Shown here: positions 35,330 to 45,351 of the stretch, one piece after another | Layout of the letters: every line of letters starts with the position of its first letter | Position numbering within the stretch: the stretch's first letter is position 1 | Source of the DNA: Flectonema sp. DT1601 | Lineage: Eukaryota | DNA length: 64,000 nucleotides | Assembly: GCA_964019425.1 (NCBI GenBank) | Contig: OZ025794.1 | Span: 868,001-932,000 of the forward strand | Direction of reading: 5' to 3' | Position numbers and translations under genes: made by a program | Notes under the pieces: model-generated | What the model was told of the DNA's origin: nothing | Databases searched by the model: none | What the model saw: only the letters and a program-made list of their open reading frames with translations

Positions 35330-35914
35330 ACTACGCCAGCATTACTGAAAAGAGAGAGAAAAATAAGCTAAAGAGTCCTACTACTATCAATACAGATAGA
35401 TTCGCCTCTGTGGTCTTTCTTGCTTTCCTGTGTTATAAAATAAGTTTACGTTCCTTTGTCAAGCAGAATAAGGAGAAAAAAAAGAAAACTTTTTAAGGAT
35501 TTGGCTATTTCCAATTGAATTCACTAACAACAAAATGGAAAAAGAAAGAAAAAAAAGATAAAAGTTAAACATAAGAAAAAAACACTATTTTCCACCTATA
35601 GGTTCGGTTCCCCCTGAACTTTTTTTTTTTTTTTAGAGCCTCCTGATTGGAGGCAATCCTTGCCTATACTTTTTTATGGCGACGCGTAAAATACTTTAGT
35701 GATGCAAGACACTTCTAGCAGACATAGCGGGTCTGAGTGATGCAGACCAAGAAGAAAACCAAGCAAGAACAGCTTACAATATGATATGATAATAATTAAC
35801 TGACAATTGCTAGCAGGGGAACTCACAAGGTACGGACATGAGTCAGACACAGCAAGGTGCTAAGTTAGGGATGCAAACTGAGGATCACAAATATACTTAA
35901 TCCGTACATTCCTA

Positions 35915-37339
35915 TCAGTTAGGAGGCTTACTATGATCAAAAGGAGTCAGTTCAAGAAAGCAGTTCGTATTGCTGATGGAACGACGATGATTACGAGCAA
36001 AAGACATTCGCGCTTGAAGAGCAGAAGGGAAATGAGCGATACCAGTTGTTGTGTCGAGATTAATACATTTAAGATGCTGAACGATAACTGGTATCTCAGG
36101 CATGGGACGTCCCACTAATCGGAAGTAAAGACGAGGGTCTTCTGTACACCTCCAAGACCGTTCAACTGTAACACCAGGTGTGTTTCTGGACATCGCTTCA
36201 GCAACTTCCTTCGGACCTCCAAAGTCTACAAATACACCTAAAAATACACCCCCAGTACCCATGTCAGGTATAACAGATTTAACTTTATCACCTAACAAAG
36301 GAAAAAGGTCACGAGGCATTTCTACAGCATTCCGAATACCCTTAACATAAACTTGCCATATACCTGCAGGTGGTCCTCGCTCATCCATCCTCCGCTTGCG
36401 CGATCGCTGTAAAGCGGGCTGTGCAAGTTGTTGCACAATCTGTTGGTATGGTTGCTGTGGATGGTGGTGCTTCATTTGTTGCAGCTGCGGGTAGGCCAGT
36501 TGCTGGTGTTGCTGCTGTTGGTGTTGATAGGCCGGGCGAGGTTGTTGTTGCTGTTGGTATGGATATGCCGGACGAGGTTGTTGTTGCTGTTGCTGTTGTG
36601 GCTGGTAGGGCGGTTGCTGTTGTTGTTGTTGGTGCGGATGCTGCGCTTTGAACGGCTGTTGCTGCCGCGACTGATAAGATTGAAACGTCTGTGGAATGGC
36701 CCCTTTTGAAGGGACTATCAGAGGGGCACCGTTCTGCGGAATTCCCGAAATTCCACCAAACTGAGAAACAGGAATATTAGCAGGAACAGCAACAGGAGGA
36801 TTATCTTCCTGTGGTACATAGTGCTGTGGGGTATAGTCCTCACATTCCATAACAGGAGGGGGTTGGACCACTCTGCGTTGTGGAGGCTTAGGAGGCACCA
36901 CACATGGACCATCAACCTTTTTAACCTTAGAAGGTTGAGCAAGAGGAATAGTTTGCTTGGCCATTGGCTGTGCTGCCGGTGGTGTTTTGGGCTGCGGTTG
37001 GGGCGGTGGCGGCCGCTGTGGAGGAGGCGGAGGAGCAGACTGCTGTTTCTTATTCAAACGCGCTTCCATCTCCATAACCTCCTTCACTTGTTCTTCATTT
37101 CCTAGTGGTCCAGCGTCGAAATCTGGTTCTATTATCTCTATCTTTCCTCCACACCCTCCACAGAAAGCCTGTGTAGACGGCCAGATTTTATCACATTCTG
37201 GACATGCTATTTTCGCAGGTGCTGTTTTCGCAGGTGTCGCAATAGGTACCGGCTGAATCCTTCTTTGGTGTTGTTGGTGATTCTGCCTTCGTTGGTTACG
37301 TAACACACTACCTCCTCCTGCTCCACCCCCGCCAGCCAT
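35915..37339 (-). CDS. Q/P-rich protein with N-terminal Zn ribbon and degenerate RRM-like C-terminal domains
   Basis: CPECDKIW...FCGGCG; poly-Q with PRPAY repeats; WQVYVKGI...GVFVDFGG and GIAHFPSALQA resemble RNP motifs. Confidence 0.7.
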   Translation of the reverse strand: MAGGGGAGGGSVLRNQRRQNHQQHQRRIQPVPIATPAKTAPAKIACPECDKIWPSTQAFCGGCGGKIEIIEPDFDAGPLGNEEQVKEVMEMEARLNKKQQSAPPPPPQRPPPPQPQPKTPPAAQPMAKQTIPLAQPSKVKKVDGPCVVPPKPPQRRVVQPPPVMECEDYTPQHYVPQEDNPPVAVPANIPVSQFGGISGIPQNGAPLIVPSKGAIPQTFQSYQSRQQQPFKAQHPHQQQQQQPPYQPQQQQQQQPRPAYPYQQQQQPRPAYQHQQQQHQQLAYPQLQQMKHHHPQQPYQQIVQQLAQPALQRSRKRRMDERGPPAGIWQVYVKGIRNAVEMPRDLFPLLGDKVKSVIPDMGTGGVFLGVFVDFGGPKEVAEAMSRNTPGVTVERSWRCTEDPRLYFRLVGRPMPEIPVIVQHLKCINLDTTTGIAHFPSALQARMSFARNHRRSISNTNCFLELTPFDHSKPPN

Positions 37340-37685
37340 GATTATTTATAATACCCTGTTTATAATTATACAATTCTGCACAAATAGCGGTGGAGATATT
37401 CCAATGAAAACCCGCTTTGAGTACATCATTTTGCACCACTAAGTGTGCTGTAATGTAGAAATTAATTTGAAGCATCTCTTGCAATACTTTTCATTGACAA
37501 GCAAAATTGATGAAACTGACGGTTGCTGATCGAAATAAGTTGATCCAAAAAAAAAAAAAAAAGAAAAACAGAAAAAAAGGAATATGTCACATGAGGGGTA
37601 TTTTGCTAATGACATTTTGCTGGGGGCAGCTAATACTTGAGTTTTTTTTTTTTTTTTGTTATAAAATAGTGTTCGCTGGGCTTTT

Positions 37686-39242
37686 TTATCCTGTCATGCT
37701 TCCTAGTGCTTCGATCTCTTCTAGGGGAAGGCCAATATCAGATTTTTTCGTTTCAGAAATTGCTGAAGTCAGAGCGGAACCCCACTTACGTAAAAAGTCT
37801 GGCGACACAGTTTGAATCCAAACAGCATATGGAGAAAGATACAGTTTACTGAGAGGGTACTTGAAGTCATCACGATCAACGTGCCACTTCATACGCAAGA
37901 GGATTCTTACTATTTTCATTTTGTCACCGCTGCTGAGAATGTGAGCGACATCAAACAGGCATCTTTTACTGAGGACCAATGATCTGAAGATTGGGTACGT
38001 TACAGACCTTCTACAGAAAGACACAACTGTGTGCTTTAGTGTTGGATATTTAACAACATAGCTGAGGGTTGCGGATAACTTTGTGTAGGTCCATACTGAT
38101 TCAGTGTTACCTTCTCCTTCTGTTGTTATATGATCATAACAATAAGCAGCAAGAAGATCAATAAGTGTACCCATTACTTGTTGTTCACGTACTACAAGAT
38201 GGTTCTTTTTCGGTAATCGAAGAAGTTCTTCTTTCTCCCAAGTGTTCATTTCACCACCCGACATGGAAGGGTTTTCAGGAACAGGAACGACATTTCTATT
38301 TTCGCGATCATCATCTCCGACGACGTGTTCCTTTGCATCCCAGCTTGCTGTTGTAACGTATCCCGATAATCCTCCTCCAGTAGTAAACTCTGTTCGACCG
38401 ATGTCTCCTGGATTCGTGAATTGCGGTTGTGCAGCAACTGCTTCAGAAGAACTTTCAGTGGTGTCGTCATCATCATCATCGGATTGCGAATTCATTTCTA
38501 CATCATCCTCATTATAAGGAACATTCTGACCTGCGACTTGATTAGCAGAAATAGAATCACATCCTAGATTATTTATGTATTCCCAACTAGGTGGTTGCAT
38601 CCCTTCAGAGTAGTAAGATGGTCTTTGCTCAAGAAGATGTTTAATGTGATCACCTTCAACGTAATCAGCTAAGTAATGATCTGATCCATTAATATAGTCT
38701 TCTGCTTCTGATGATAACATTGTTTGGATTCTTGTATCGAGAGGGGTGGAGTCAATCCTGCATTCTGCTACGTCGTGACTGTCTTGAATTGGAGCAAAGA
38801 AGTTCTGAAACTCATCATTAAAGCCGTAGAACTCACTTGTATCACTTTCAGTGTTTGCAATCGTTTGCCGTACTTCGTAATCTTCCTCGTCGTCGGAATT
38901 TTCATTTCCCGTTTCTGGAAGAACCTCAACAAGTTTCTTACGCTCAACTTCCGTTGACATTAATTTAGTTAAGCAATCCAAGTCGGTGAATATCTCTCCA
39001 GGATTCTTCTTTGGGACAAGTACCTTCATTTCCTCTTTGTCAACGTCAAAGGAAGCCTTCGCGCGTTCGTCTTCTATAACTTCTTGATCAAAAGTCAATC
39101 TCAAAAAATAAGGTTTCGCATGAAACGTAATCCTGTTACCATCAACTACAAACTGTACTTCTGAGATCTTAACATGAACTAATCGCATTATGATGATCAC
39201 AAAATTGTGATCTTGGGTACATGAGAATCGCGGTGTAATCAT
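37686..39242 (-). CDS. SHQ1: SHQ1, H/ACA snoRNP assembly chaperone
   Basis: MITPRFSCTQD N-terminal CS domain, FHAKPYFLRLTF, F-x-DLD-x-LTKL, YGFN, DHYLADY and YDHITTEGEGNTESVWTYTKLSATLS. Confidence 0.95.
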   Translation of the reverse strand: MITPRFSCTQDHNFVIIIMRLVHVKISEVQFVVDGNRITFHAKPYFLRLTFDQEVIEDERAKASFDVDKEEMKVLVPKKNPGEIFTDLDCLTKLMSTEVERKKLVEVLPETGNENSDDEEDYEVRQTIANTESDTSEFYGFNDEFQNFFAPIQDSHDVAECRIDSTPLDTRIQTMLSSEAEDYINGSDHYLADYVEGDHIKHLLEQRPSYYSEGMQPPSWEYINNLGCDSISANQVAGQNVPYNEDDVEMNSQSDDDDDDTTESSSEAVAAQPQFTNPGDIGRTEFTTGGGLSGYVTTASWDAKEHVVGDDDRENRNVVPVPENPSMSGGEMNTWEKEELLRLPKKNHLVVREQQVMGTLIDLLAAYCYDHITTEGEGNTESVWTYTKLSATLSYVVKYPTLKHTVVSFCRRSVTYPIFRSLVLSKRCLFDVAHILSSGDKMKIVRILLRMKWHVDRDDFKYPLSKLYLSPYAVWIQTVSPDFLRKWGSALTSAISETKKSDIGLPLEEIEALGSMTG

Positions 39243-39362
39243 TCTTATTTATTATTATTTTTTCCCCTTTCCCTTGCTTGGTTAAATATAATTTATAGCA
39301 TCGAATGACGCAATAAATAAACACCCAAACCGTTTTTCTTTTTTTTACTGTGTAAATAGTTT

Positions 39363-39873
39363 AGTTTAGTTTAGTTAGCAAAATACAAACTGATGACTAC
39401 GAGGGGTCTGGGTAGCCCGCATCAGTAAGGACCCAATCGCGAAAATTGTAGTTTCATAGTATTGGCTGGAAGTGATCGACTTCCAGCCGCCACCTTGCCC
39501 AGAGGCTAACAGGTTGTAAACAACTAAAGAAAATAAAAGAGAAACGATCTGGGAGTGGGGGGAATGTGAAAAAATAAAAAATCTTCTTTCTTTCATATAC
39601 ATCTTTCTTTATAATACGACCACATGTGCCATATGCCCACACTCCACGAAAGAAAATAGAAACCCCGGAACAGTACCGAGGATCGTTCACCCCAGTTGTC
39701 CAAAGCATTATAAGTGTACTGTGGGCTTACCGAAAAGCTTTAGAAATGTACCACAAAAGATTTGGGCAACACATAGCCATATCACTCAGCAAGAAATGAA
39801 AACTAAAAGGATCAGGTAAGATGACAGTCAGTTTAAGGTCATAACTGCGCCGGACCTAGAAAAAAAAAAAAAA
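39363..39873 (-). mobile_element. SINE-like retroposon, copy 2, with 18-bp TSD
   Basis: Flanked by TTACTGTGTAAATAGTTT at 39345-39362 and 39874-39891. Near-identical to 1658-2137. Paralogous empty site at about 42650-42820. Confidence 0.88.
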
Positions 39874-39996
39874 TTACTGTGTAAATAGTTTTCGGAAACT
39901 TTAAATAAATAACAAAAGACAGCATTGAACACGGATGGAAGACAAATAAGAAACCAATCACGTAAGTGATATTTCTCAATAAAACTCACAAAGTGG

Positions 39997-41706
39997 CTAC
40001 CTCTTCGTAATCGCCAATGGCTCAGGACGTCCAGTTTTACTAAATTCGTAAAGTTGCTCAACTAATTCACTCTGGATCACTATACTACTAAGATCAGGCT
40101 TTGTCTTACCTATCAACATTGTTGTAGCAGCAACATTGAAAGCGTCCCACTTGCCACACCTTGACTGCTCGAGTTGATACATCCATTCAGCTTCTTCAAC
40201 TTTCCTTTTTGGTAATAATTCATAAAGCACATGCTCAGTGTCATCATGAAGAACCGTTTGAAGGTGCACACGAATCTCAACAATGTGCTTCACCGCATGA
40301 TACACACCGCCTTCTGTAAGCATAGGAACTCCCTTGATCGATGCAACCCTTTCAACAACACCAACCAAGAGAGAAAGTTTTCCAATAACGCTGAATCGCA
40401 ATATCTTTTCACTACCGAGATCTCCACACACAAGCTTTCCAGAAGCCATCCCGATGTTCATAGAGAGACTTTCACTCACCATATCCCGGTAGGGACCCAA
40501 CACCCGATTCGCGAGTTCTGTGATCGCCATCGCAGCATCCGTACACGAAGTGGGATGGCTCATGTGAGCTCTCGTAGCACCAAAGTTCGCAAAGACACGA
40601 TCCCCCAGGAACAGGTCAAGTGTTCCTCGATGCTTAACAATAACATCAGACGTCGCACTAATCATATCAGAGATGAGACCTGAAAAGGAATCTCGAGAGT
40701 GCTGTAGCACTGCAAACGAGTTGCGGATGTTGGCGACCATAAGAGAAGCACTTATGCACCCAAACTTCCTTCCTATATTATGTACGATACTGGATTGAGC
40801 AGTACTTAATGTACTGTATGAGATTTCTGTTTCTTCACTACTACTGCTAGAGGAGTAGCAAGCAGGAATACAAGACTGCGGCAAGTAAGGTCTGTATGTG
40901 TGGAGGTTCGATAGAATCTGCTCCAAAGCATCTCTCAGTCCCTCAGGAATATCTGCATCTTCCAACAAGCTCGTAGCCTGCTCAAGATCGAATCTCGAAA
41001 GTGAAGTTGCGATTGCATTCGCAGCATCAACAGATGCCAGGATGTTATTCTTCTCTTCCAAGACAGCTGCAGCAAACCCACGTGTGCAGATGAAGTCCAG
41101 TAGAAAGACAGCAAACTGAGTTACGAGAGTCATAAAAGAAACAGTGATTGGAGAGGTACAGGGAAGTTTCTCACAATCAAATTTTTCACGACGGTGTTCT
41201 TGAGAATATTGTTGATACTCCAAGTCAAAGAGACCGAAACTATAGGAAGACTCTATGCTAATTACTACAAGGTGCAGACAACACCAACATACAACTCCAA
41301 CAGTTGCCCTCATCGGAGCCTCGCAGACGAGAAGAATGTCAACAACGATGACAAATAGAGGCCAACTAGGAGTAATTTGAAGCATTCCTGCCTCAATGTC
41401 CTGCAGCGATATTCCGATAAGCATAACGACGCTGCTTACTTCAAGTATGAAATCTGTCAGATCTCTTTTTAGCACGACCAACAACGTTAACAGAATTATA
41501 CCAAGCGTGAGAAAAAGAGTTTTTGCCATAACAGTCAATAACTTCTTCTCATAGGTCATTAACAAAATGATTACTGAAATAAATATCGCAATACATGAGA
41601 TGACAATTAGTATCCTCTTCCTCTTGGCCTGCCCTGGGGAATCATTTGTACTAATAGCTCTACGAAGGCAAGGCCCAAAGAGAAAGTCAACGATTGACTT
41701 CAGCAT
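39997..41706 (-). CDS. Multi-TM class III nucleotide cyclase-like protein (pseudo-cyclase), copy 1
   Basis: About five TM helices, HAMP-like helical linker ending YRPYLP, cyclase fold SLMVANIRNSF / GTLDLFLGDRVFANFG / MNIGMASGKLVCGDLG / RFSVIG. Confidence 0.85.
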   Translation of the reverse strand: MLKSIVDFLFGPCLRRAISTNDSPGQAKRKRILIVISCIAIFISVIILLMTYEKKLLTVMAKTLFLTLGIILLTLLVVLKRDLTDFILEVSSVVMLIGISLQDIEAGMLQITPSWPLFVIVVDILLVCEAPMRATVGVVCWCCLHLVVISIESSYSFGLFDLEYQQYSQEHRREKFDCEKLPCTSPITVSFMTLVTQFAVFLLDFICTRGFAAAVLEEKNNILASVDAANAIATSLSRFDLEQATSLLEDADIPEGLRDALEQILSNLHTYRPYLPQSCIPACYSSSSSSEETEISYSTLSTAQSSIVHNIGRKFGCISASLMVANIRNSFAVLQHSRDSFSGLISDMISATSDVIVKHRGTLDLFLGDRVFANFGATRAHMSHPTSCTDAAMAITELANRVLGPYRDMVSESLSMNIGMASGKLVCGDLGSEKILRFSVIGKLSLLVGVVERVASIKGVPMLTEGGVYHAVKHIVEIRVHLQTVLHDDTEHVLYELLPKRKVEEAEWMYQLEQSRCGKWDAFNVAATTMLIGKTKPDLSSIVIQSELVEQLYEFSKTGRPEPLAITKR

Positions 41707-42340
41707 ATTGCTATCTGAGTAATCAAAGGACTTTTAAAGAACTACTCAATAACTATACAAGATCAAAACCCTTGGAAACAAGAACAGAAGTTCTCGGTAA
41801 TGAGATGCAACACGGTGAAGCAATTTTGCTGCAGAAACAGCATTGTGCTATTTCCGGCGTGTCCTAGCAAAGCCTTTGATCTAATCTCTTACTCCCACCA
41901 ATTAGGCTCATTCTTATTTACTAGATAATTAGCAAACCATCTCACATATGAACAGGAATAACTTGATCAGTCTATCTATCGATATCTGATGATCGATGCT
42001 GTAGAAATACTCGGAGAGTCTCAAATAGTACAGCACTACAATGGTGCTTCGGGCGTGAAACCAGATCGTCTTTTATCAAGTCTGTCTACTTGCAAATCAA
42101 TGACTACGGCATTGATTGGGATTGATGTTTCTTTTCCCTTTGTTTCCCTTCCCATATTGGTTGGAGCATCAAATGACGCAAAAAATAATAATCCTAAATG
42201 CCCGACCCGTTTTTTCGTACAAATAACTTTCGTAAAGTCTTATATAAATATCAAAAGAGAGCATTGAATACGGTGATGGAAGACGTACGAGCGAAGGATG
42301 CACAAAATCTGCTCCAAAGAATAACAACACCCGACACCGA

Positions 42341-42635
42341 AGTTTTCAGGAACAGGAACGACATTTCCATTTTCGTGATCATCATCTCCGACAATGTGTT
42401 CCGAAACATCCCAGCTGCCGTTGTAATGTATGCCGATAATCCTCCTCCAGTAGTAAACTCCGTTCGACCGAAGTCCCATGAACTGCGGTTATGCAGCTAC
42501 TGGTTCAGAAGAACTTTCGGGCGGTGTCAATATCAGATTGCGAATTCATTTCTACATCATCCTCATTATAAGGAACATTCTGACCTGCGACTTGATTAGC
42601 AGAAATAGAATCACATCCTAGATTATTTATGTATT
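42341..42635 (-). pseudogene. Duplicated internal fragment of SHQ1
   Basis: Aligns with about 38271-38581 (gttttcaggaacaggaacgacatt...atcctagattatttatgtatt), with indels. Confidence 0.88.
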
Positions 42636-42846
42636 ACTTGGTTGTATTACTTGGTTAAATATAATTTATAGCATCAAATGACGCAATAAATAATAAAGAT
42701 AAATTCCCAAACTGTTTTTTGGTGTCAATTTTTTTCAGGAACTTATGTAAATATTAAAGGACAGCATTGAATACGGGGATGGAACAAATAAGAAACCAAT
42801 CACATAAGTGATAATTTCTCAACACTAACACACGAGATGCAGACAA

Positions 42847-43236
42847 CCCTACAAGGTGCAGACAACACCAACATACAACTCCAACGGTTGCCCTCATCGG
42901 AGCCTCGCAGACGAGAAGAATGTCAACAACGATGATAAACAGAGGCCAACTAGGATTAATTTGAAGCATTCCCGCCTCAATGTCCATCAGTGATATGACG
43001 AGAATCACAAAGCCGCAGCTTACTTCAAGTAAGGAATCCGCGTCACATCTTGTTTCAGCACAACCAACAACGTTAACAGAAGAACACCTAGTATGAGAAA
43101 CAGAATATTTGCCACCATAGACAATATCTTTATCCCATAGGTTGCCAATGAAATGTTAACCGAAATAAATACTGCAATACATGACACGACAATTAGTATC
43201 CTCCTCCCCTTGACCTGCCCTGCGGAATCATTTGTA
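42847..43236 (-). pseudogene. Cyclase-like gene fragment (TM region only)
   Basis: DIEAGMLQINPSWPLFIIVVDILLVCEAPMRATVGVVCWCCLHLV, frameshifted and truncated. Confidence 0.85.
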
Positions 43237-43377
43237 CACTTGTTATCTTAGTGATCAAATACTATTAACGACGATGGCTGTTACTGAGAACATCGAGTGA
43301 TTCCTTATCAAATAAACCAATTTCACTTTTAACACAATTGAACCCATCATGTAAACAATTGTAGGCAATTGCACCGA

Positions 43378-45117
43378 TTATCTCTTCGAAACTATTATTG
43401 GCTCAGGGAATCCCGTCTTCATTAGACTACGAAGTTCATCGTATTCAGGTGAATGACCTTTTGGATTTTCAATACTAATATTACACGTGCCCTTCAACAA
43501 CGTAGTAGCAACTTTGTTGAAATTATCCCACTTCCCAACACCAACTTGCTCGAGTTGATACATCCATTCTGCTGGCCCAACATCAACCCTCGGTATCAAT
43601 TCATAAAGCACATGCTCAGTGTCATCATAAAGAACCGTTTGCAGGTGCACACGAATCTCAGCAGTGTGCTTTACTGCACGATACAAACCGCCTTCTGAAA
43701 GTATAGCTATCCCCTTGATCGATGCAACCCTTTCAACAACACCAACCAAGAGAGAAAGTTTTCCAATAACGCTGAATCGCATAACATTTTCACTACCGAG
43801 ATCTCCACACACAAGCTTTCCGGAAGCCATCCCTATGTTCATCGAAAGATTGTTACTTGCGAATTTTTGGTAAGGACCCAACACCCGATCAGCGAGTGAT
43901 GTGATCGCCATCGCAGCATCCGTACACGAAGTGGGATGATTCACATGACTCCTCGTAGCACCAAAGTTCGCAAAGACACGATCCCCCAGGAACAGGTCAA
44001 GTGTTCCTCGATGCTTAACAATAACATCAGACGTCGCACTAATCATATCAGAGATGAGACCGTTAAAGGAATCCTGAGAGTACTGTAGGACTGCAAACGA
44101 GTTGCGGATGTTGGCGACCAACAAGGAAGCACTAACACACTCAAACTTCCTCCTCACTCTGTAGGAAGCAGCAGGTTGTAGTAATAGAGATTCAATTGTT
44201 GTACTATCGCCTGAACCACTCTGGCTTGTTCGAAGACTTTCATGAGTTGCTGTACTTTCATCAGAGGAGTAGCTAACAGGAATACAAGACTGTGGCAAGT
44301 AAGGTCTGTACGTACGAAGGTTACACAGAATCTGCTTCAAAGCATCTCTCAGTCCCCCAGGAATATCTGCATCTTCCAACAAGCTCGTAGCCTGCTCAAG
44401 ATCGAATCTCGAAAGTGAAGTTGCGATTGCATTCGCAGCATCAACAGATGCCAGGATGTTATTCTTCTCTTCCAAGACAGCTGCAGCAAACCCGCGTGTG
44501 CAGAAGAAGTCCATTAGAAAGACAATAAATTGAGTTAAGAGAGTCATACTAGAATAAATAACAGTAGTAGTACACGGAAGTTTCCCACAATCAAACTTTT
44601 CACGACGGTGTTCTTGAGAATATTGTTGATACTCCAAGTCAAAGAGACCGAAACTATAGGAAGACTCTATACTAATTACTACAAGGTGCAGACAACACCA
44701 ACATACAACTCCAACAGTTGCCCTCATCGGAGCCTCGCAGACGAGAAGAATGTCAACAACGATGACAAACAGAGGCCAACTAGGATTAATTTGAAGCATC
44801 GCCGCCTCAAAGTCTTGCAGCGATATTCCGATAAGCATAATAACGCTGCTTAACTCAAGCAAGGAATCTGTCAGATCTTTTTTCAGCACGACCAACAACA
44901 TTAGCAGAATAACACTTAGTATGAGAAACAGCAAACTTGCCACAAAAACCAATATCTTCTTCCCATAGGAAAACGACATACTGTTTAGTGTAATAGCTAC
45001 TACAATACACGACAGGATAATTATTAATTTCTTCCTCTTGACCTGCCCTGGGGAATCATTTGTACTAATAGCTCTACGAAGGCAAGGCCCAAAGACGAAG
45101 TCAATGATTGACTTCAT
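43378..45117 (-). CDS. Multi-TM cyclase-like protein, copy 2
   Basis: 579-aa paralog of copy 1 with the same motifs. Confidence 0.85.
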   Translation of the reverse strand: MKSIIDFVFGPCLRRAISTNDSPGQVKRKKLIIILSCIVVAITLNSMSFSYGKKILVFVASLLFLILSVILLMLLVVLKKDLTDSLLELSSVIMLIGISLQDFEAAMLQINPSWPLFVIVVDILLVCEAPMRATVGVVCWCCLHLVVISIESSYSFGLFDLEYQQYSQEHRREKFDCGKLPCTTTVIYSSMTLLTQFIVFLMDFFCTRGFAAAVLEEKNNILASVDAANAIATSLSRFDLEQATSLLEDADIPGGLRDALKQILCNLRTYRPYLPQSCIPVSYSSDESTATHESLRTSQSGSGDSTTIESLLLQPAASYRVRRKFECVSASLLVANIRNSFAVLQYSQDSFNGLISDMISATSDVIVKHRGTLDLFLGDRVFANFGATRSHVNHPTSCTDAAMAITSLADRVLGPYQKFASNNLSMNIGMASGKLVCGDLGSENVMRFSVIGKLSLLVGVVERVASIKGIAILSEGGLYRAVKHTAEIRVHLQTVLYDDTEHVLYELIPRVDVGPAEWMYQLEQVGVGKWDNFNKVATTLLKGTCNISIENPKGHSPEYDELRSLMKTGFPEPIIVSKR

Positions 45118-45351
45118 ATTGCTATCTGAGTGATCAAAGGACTTTTAAAGACTATATACTCAATAACTAAACAAGGTCAAAACCCTTGGAAACAAGAACA
45201 GAAGTTCTTAGTAATGAGATGCAACACGGTGCTACTTCGAAAGCATCTTACTTCACAACTACAACTTACTCATATATGATACACAGTTTCAGGAAGACAA
45301 ATAAGAAACCAATCACGTAAGTGATATTTCTCAATAAAACTCACAAAGTGG

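Noticed and set aside
36370..37256. Plus-strand Val/Leu/Gly-rich ORFs
   Set aside because: They are antisense to the Q/P-rich gene; low-complexity codons lack stops on the opposite strand.
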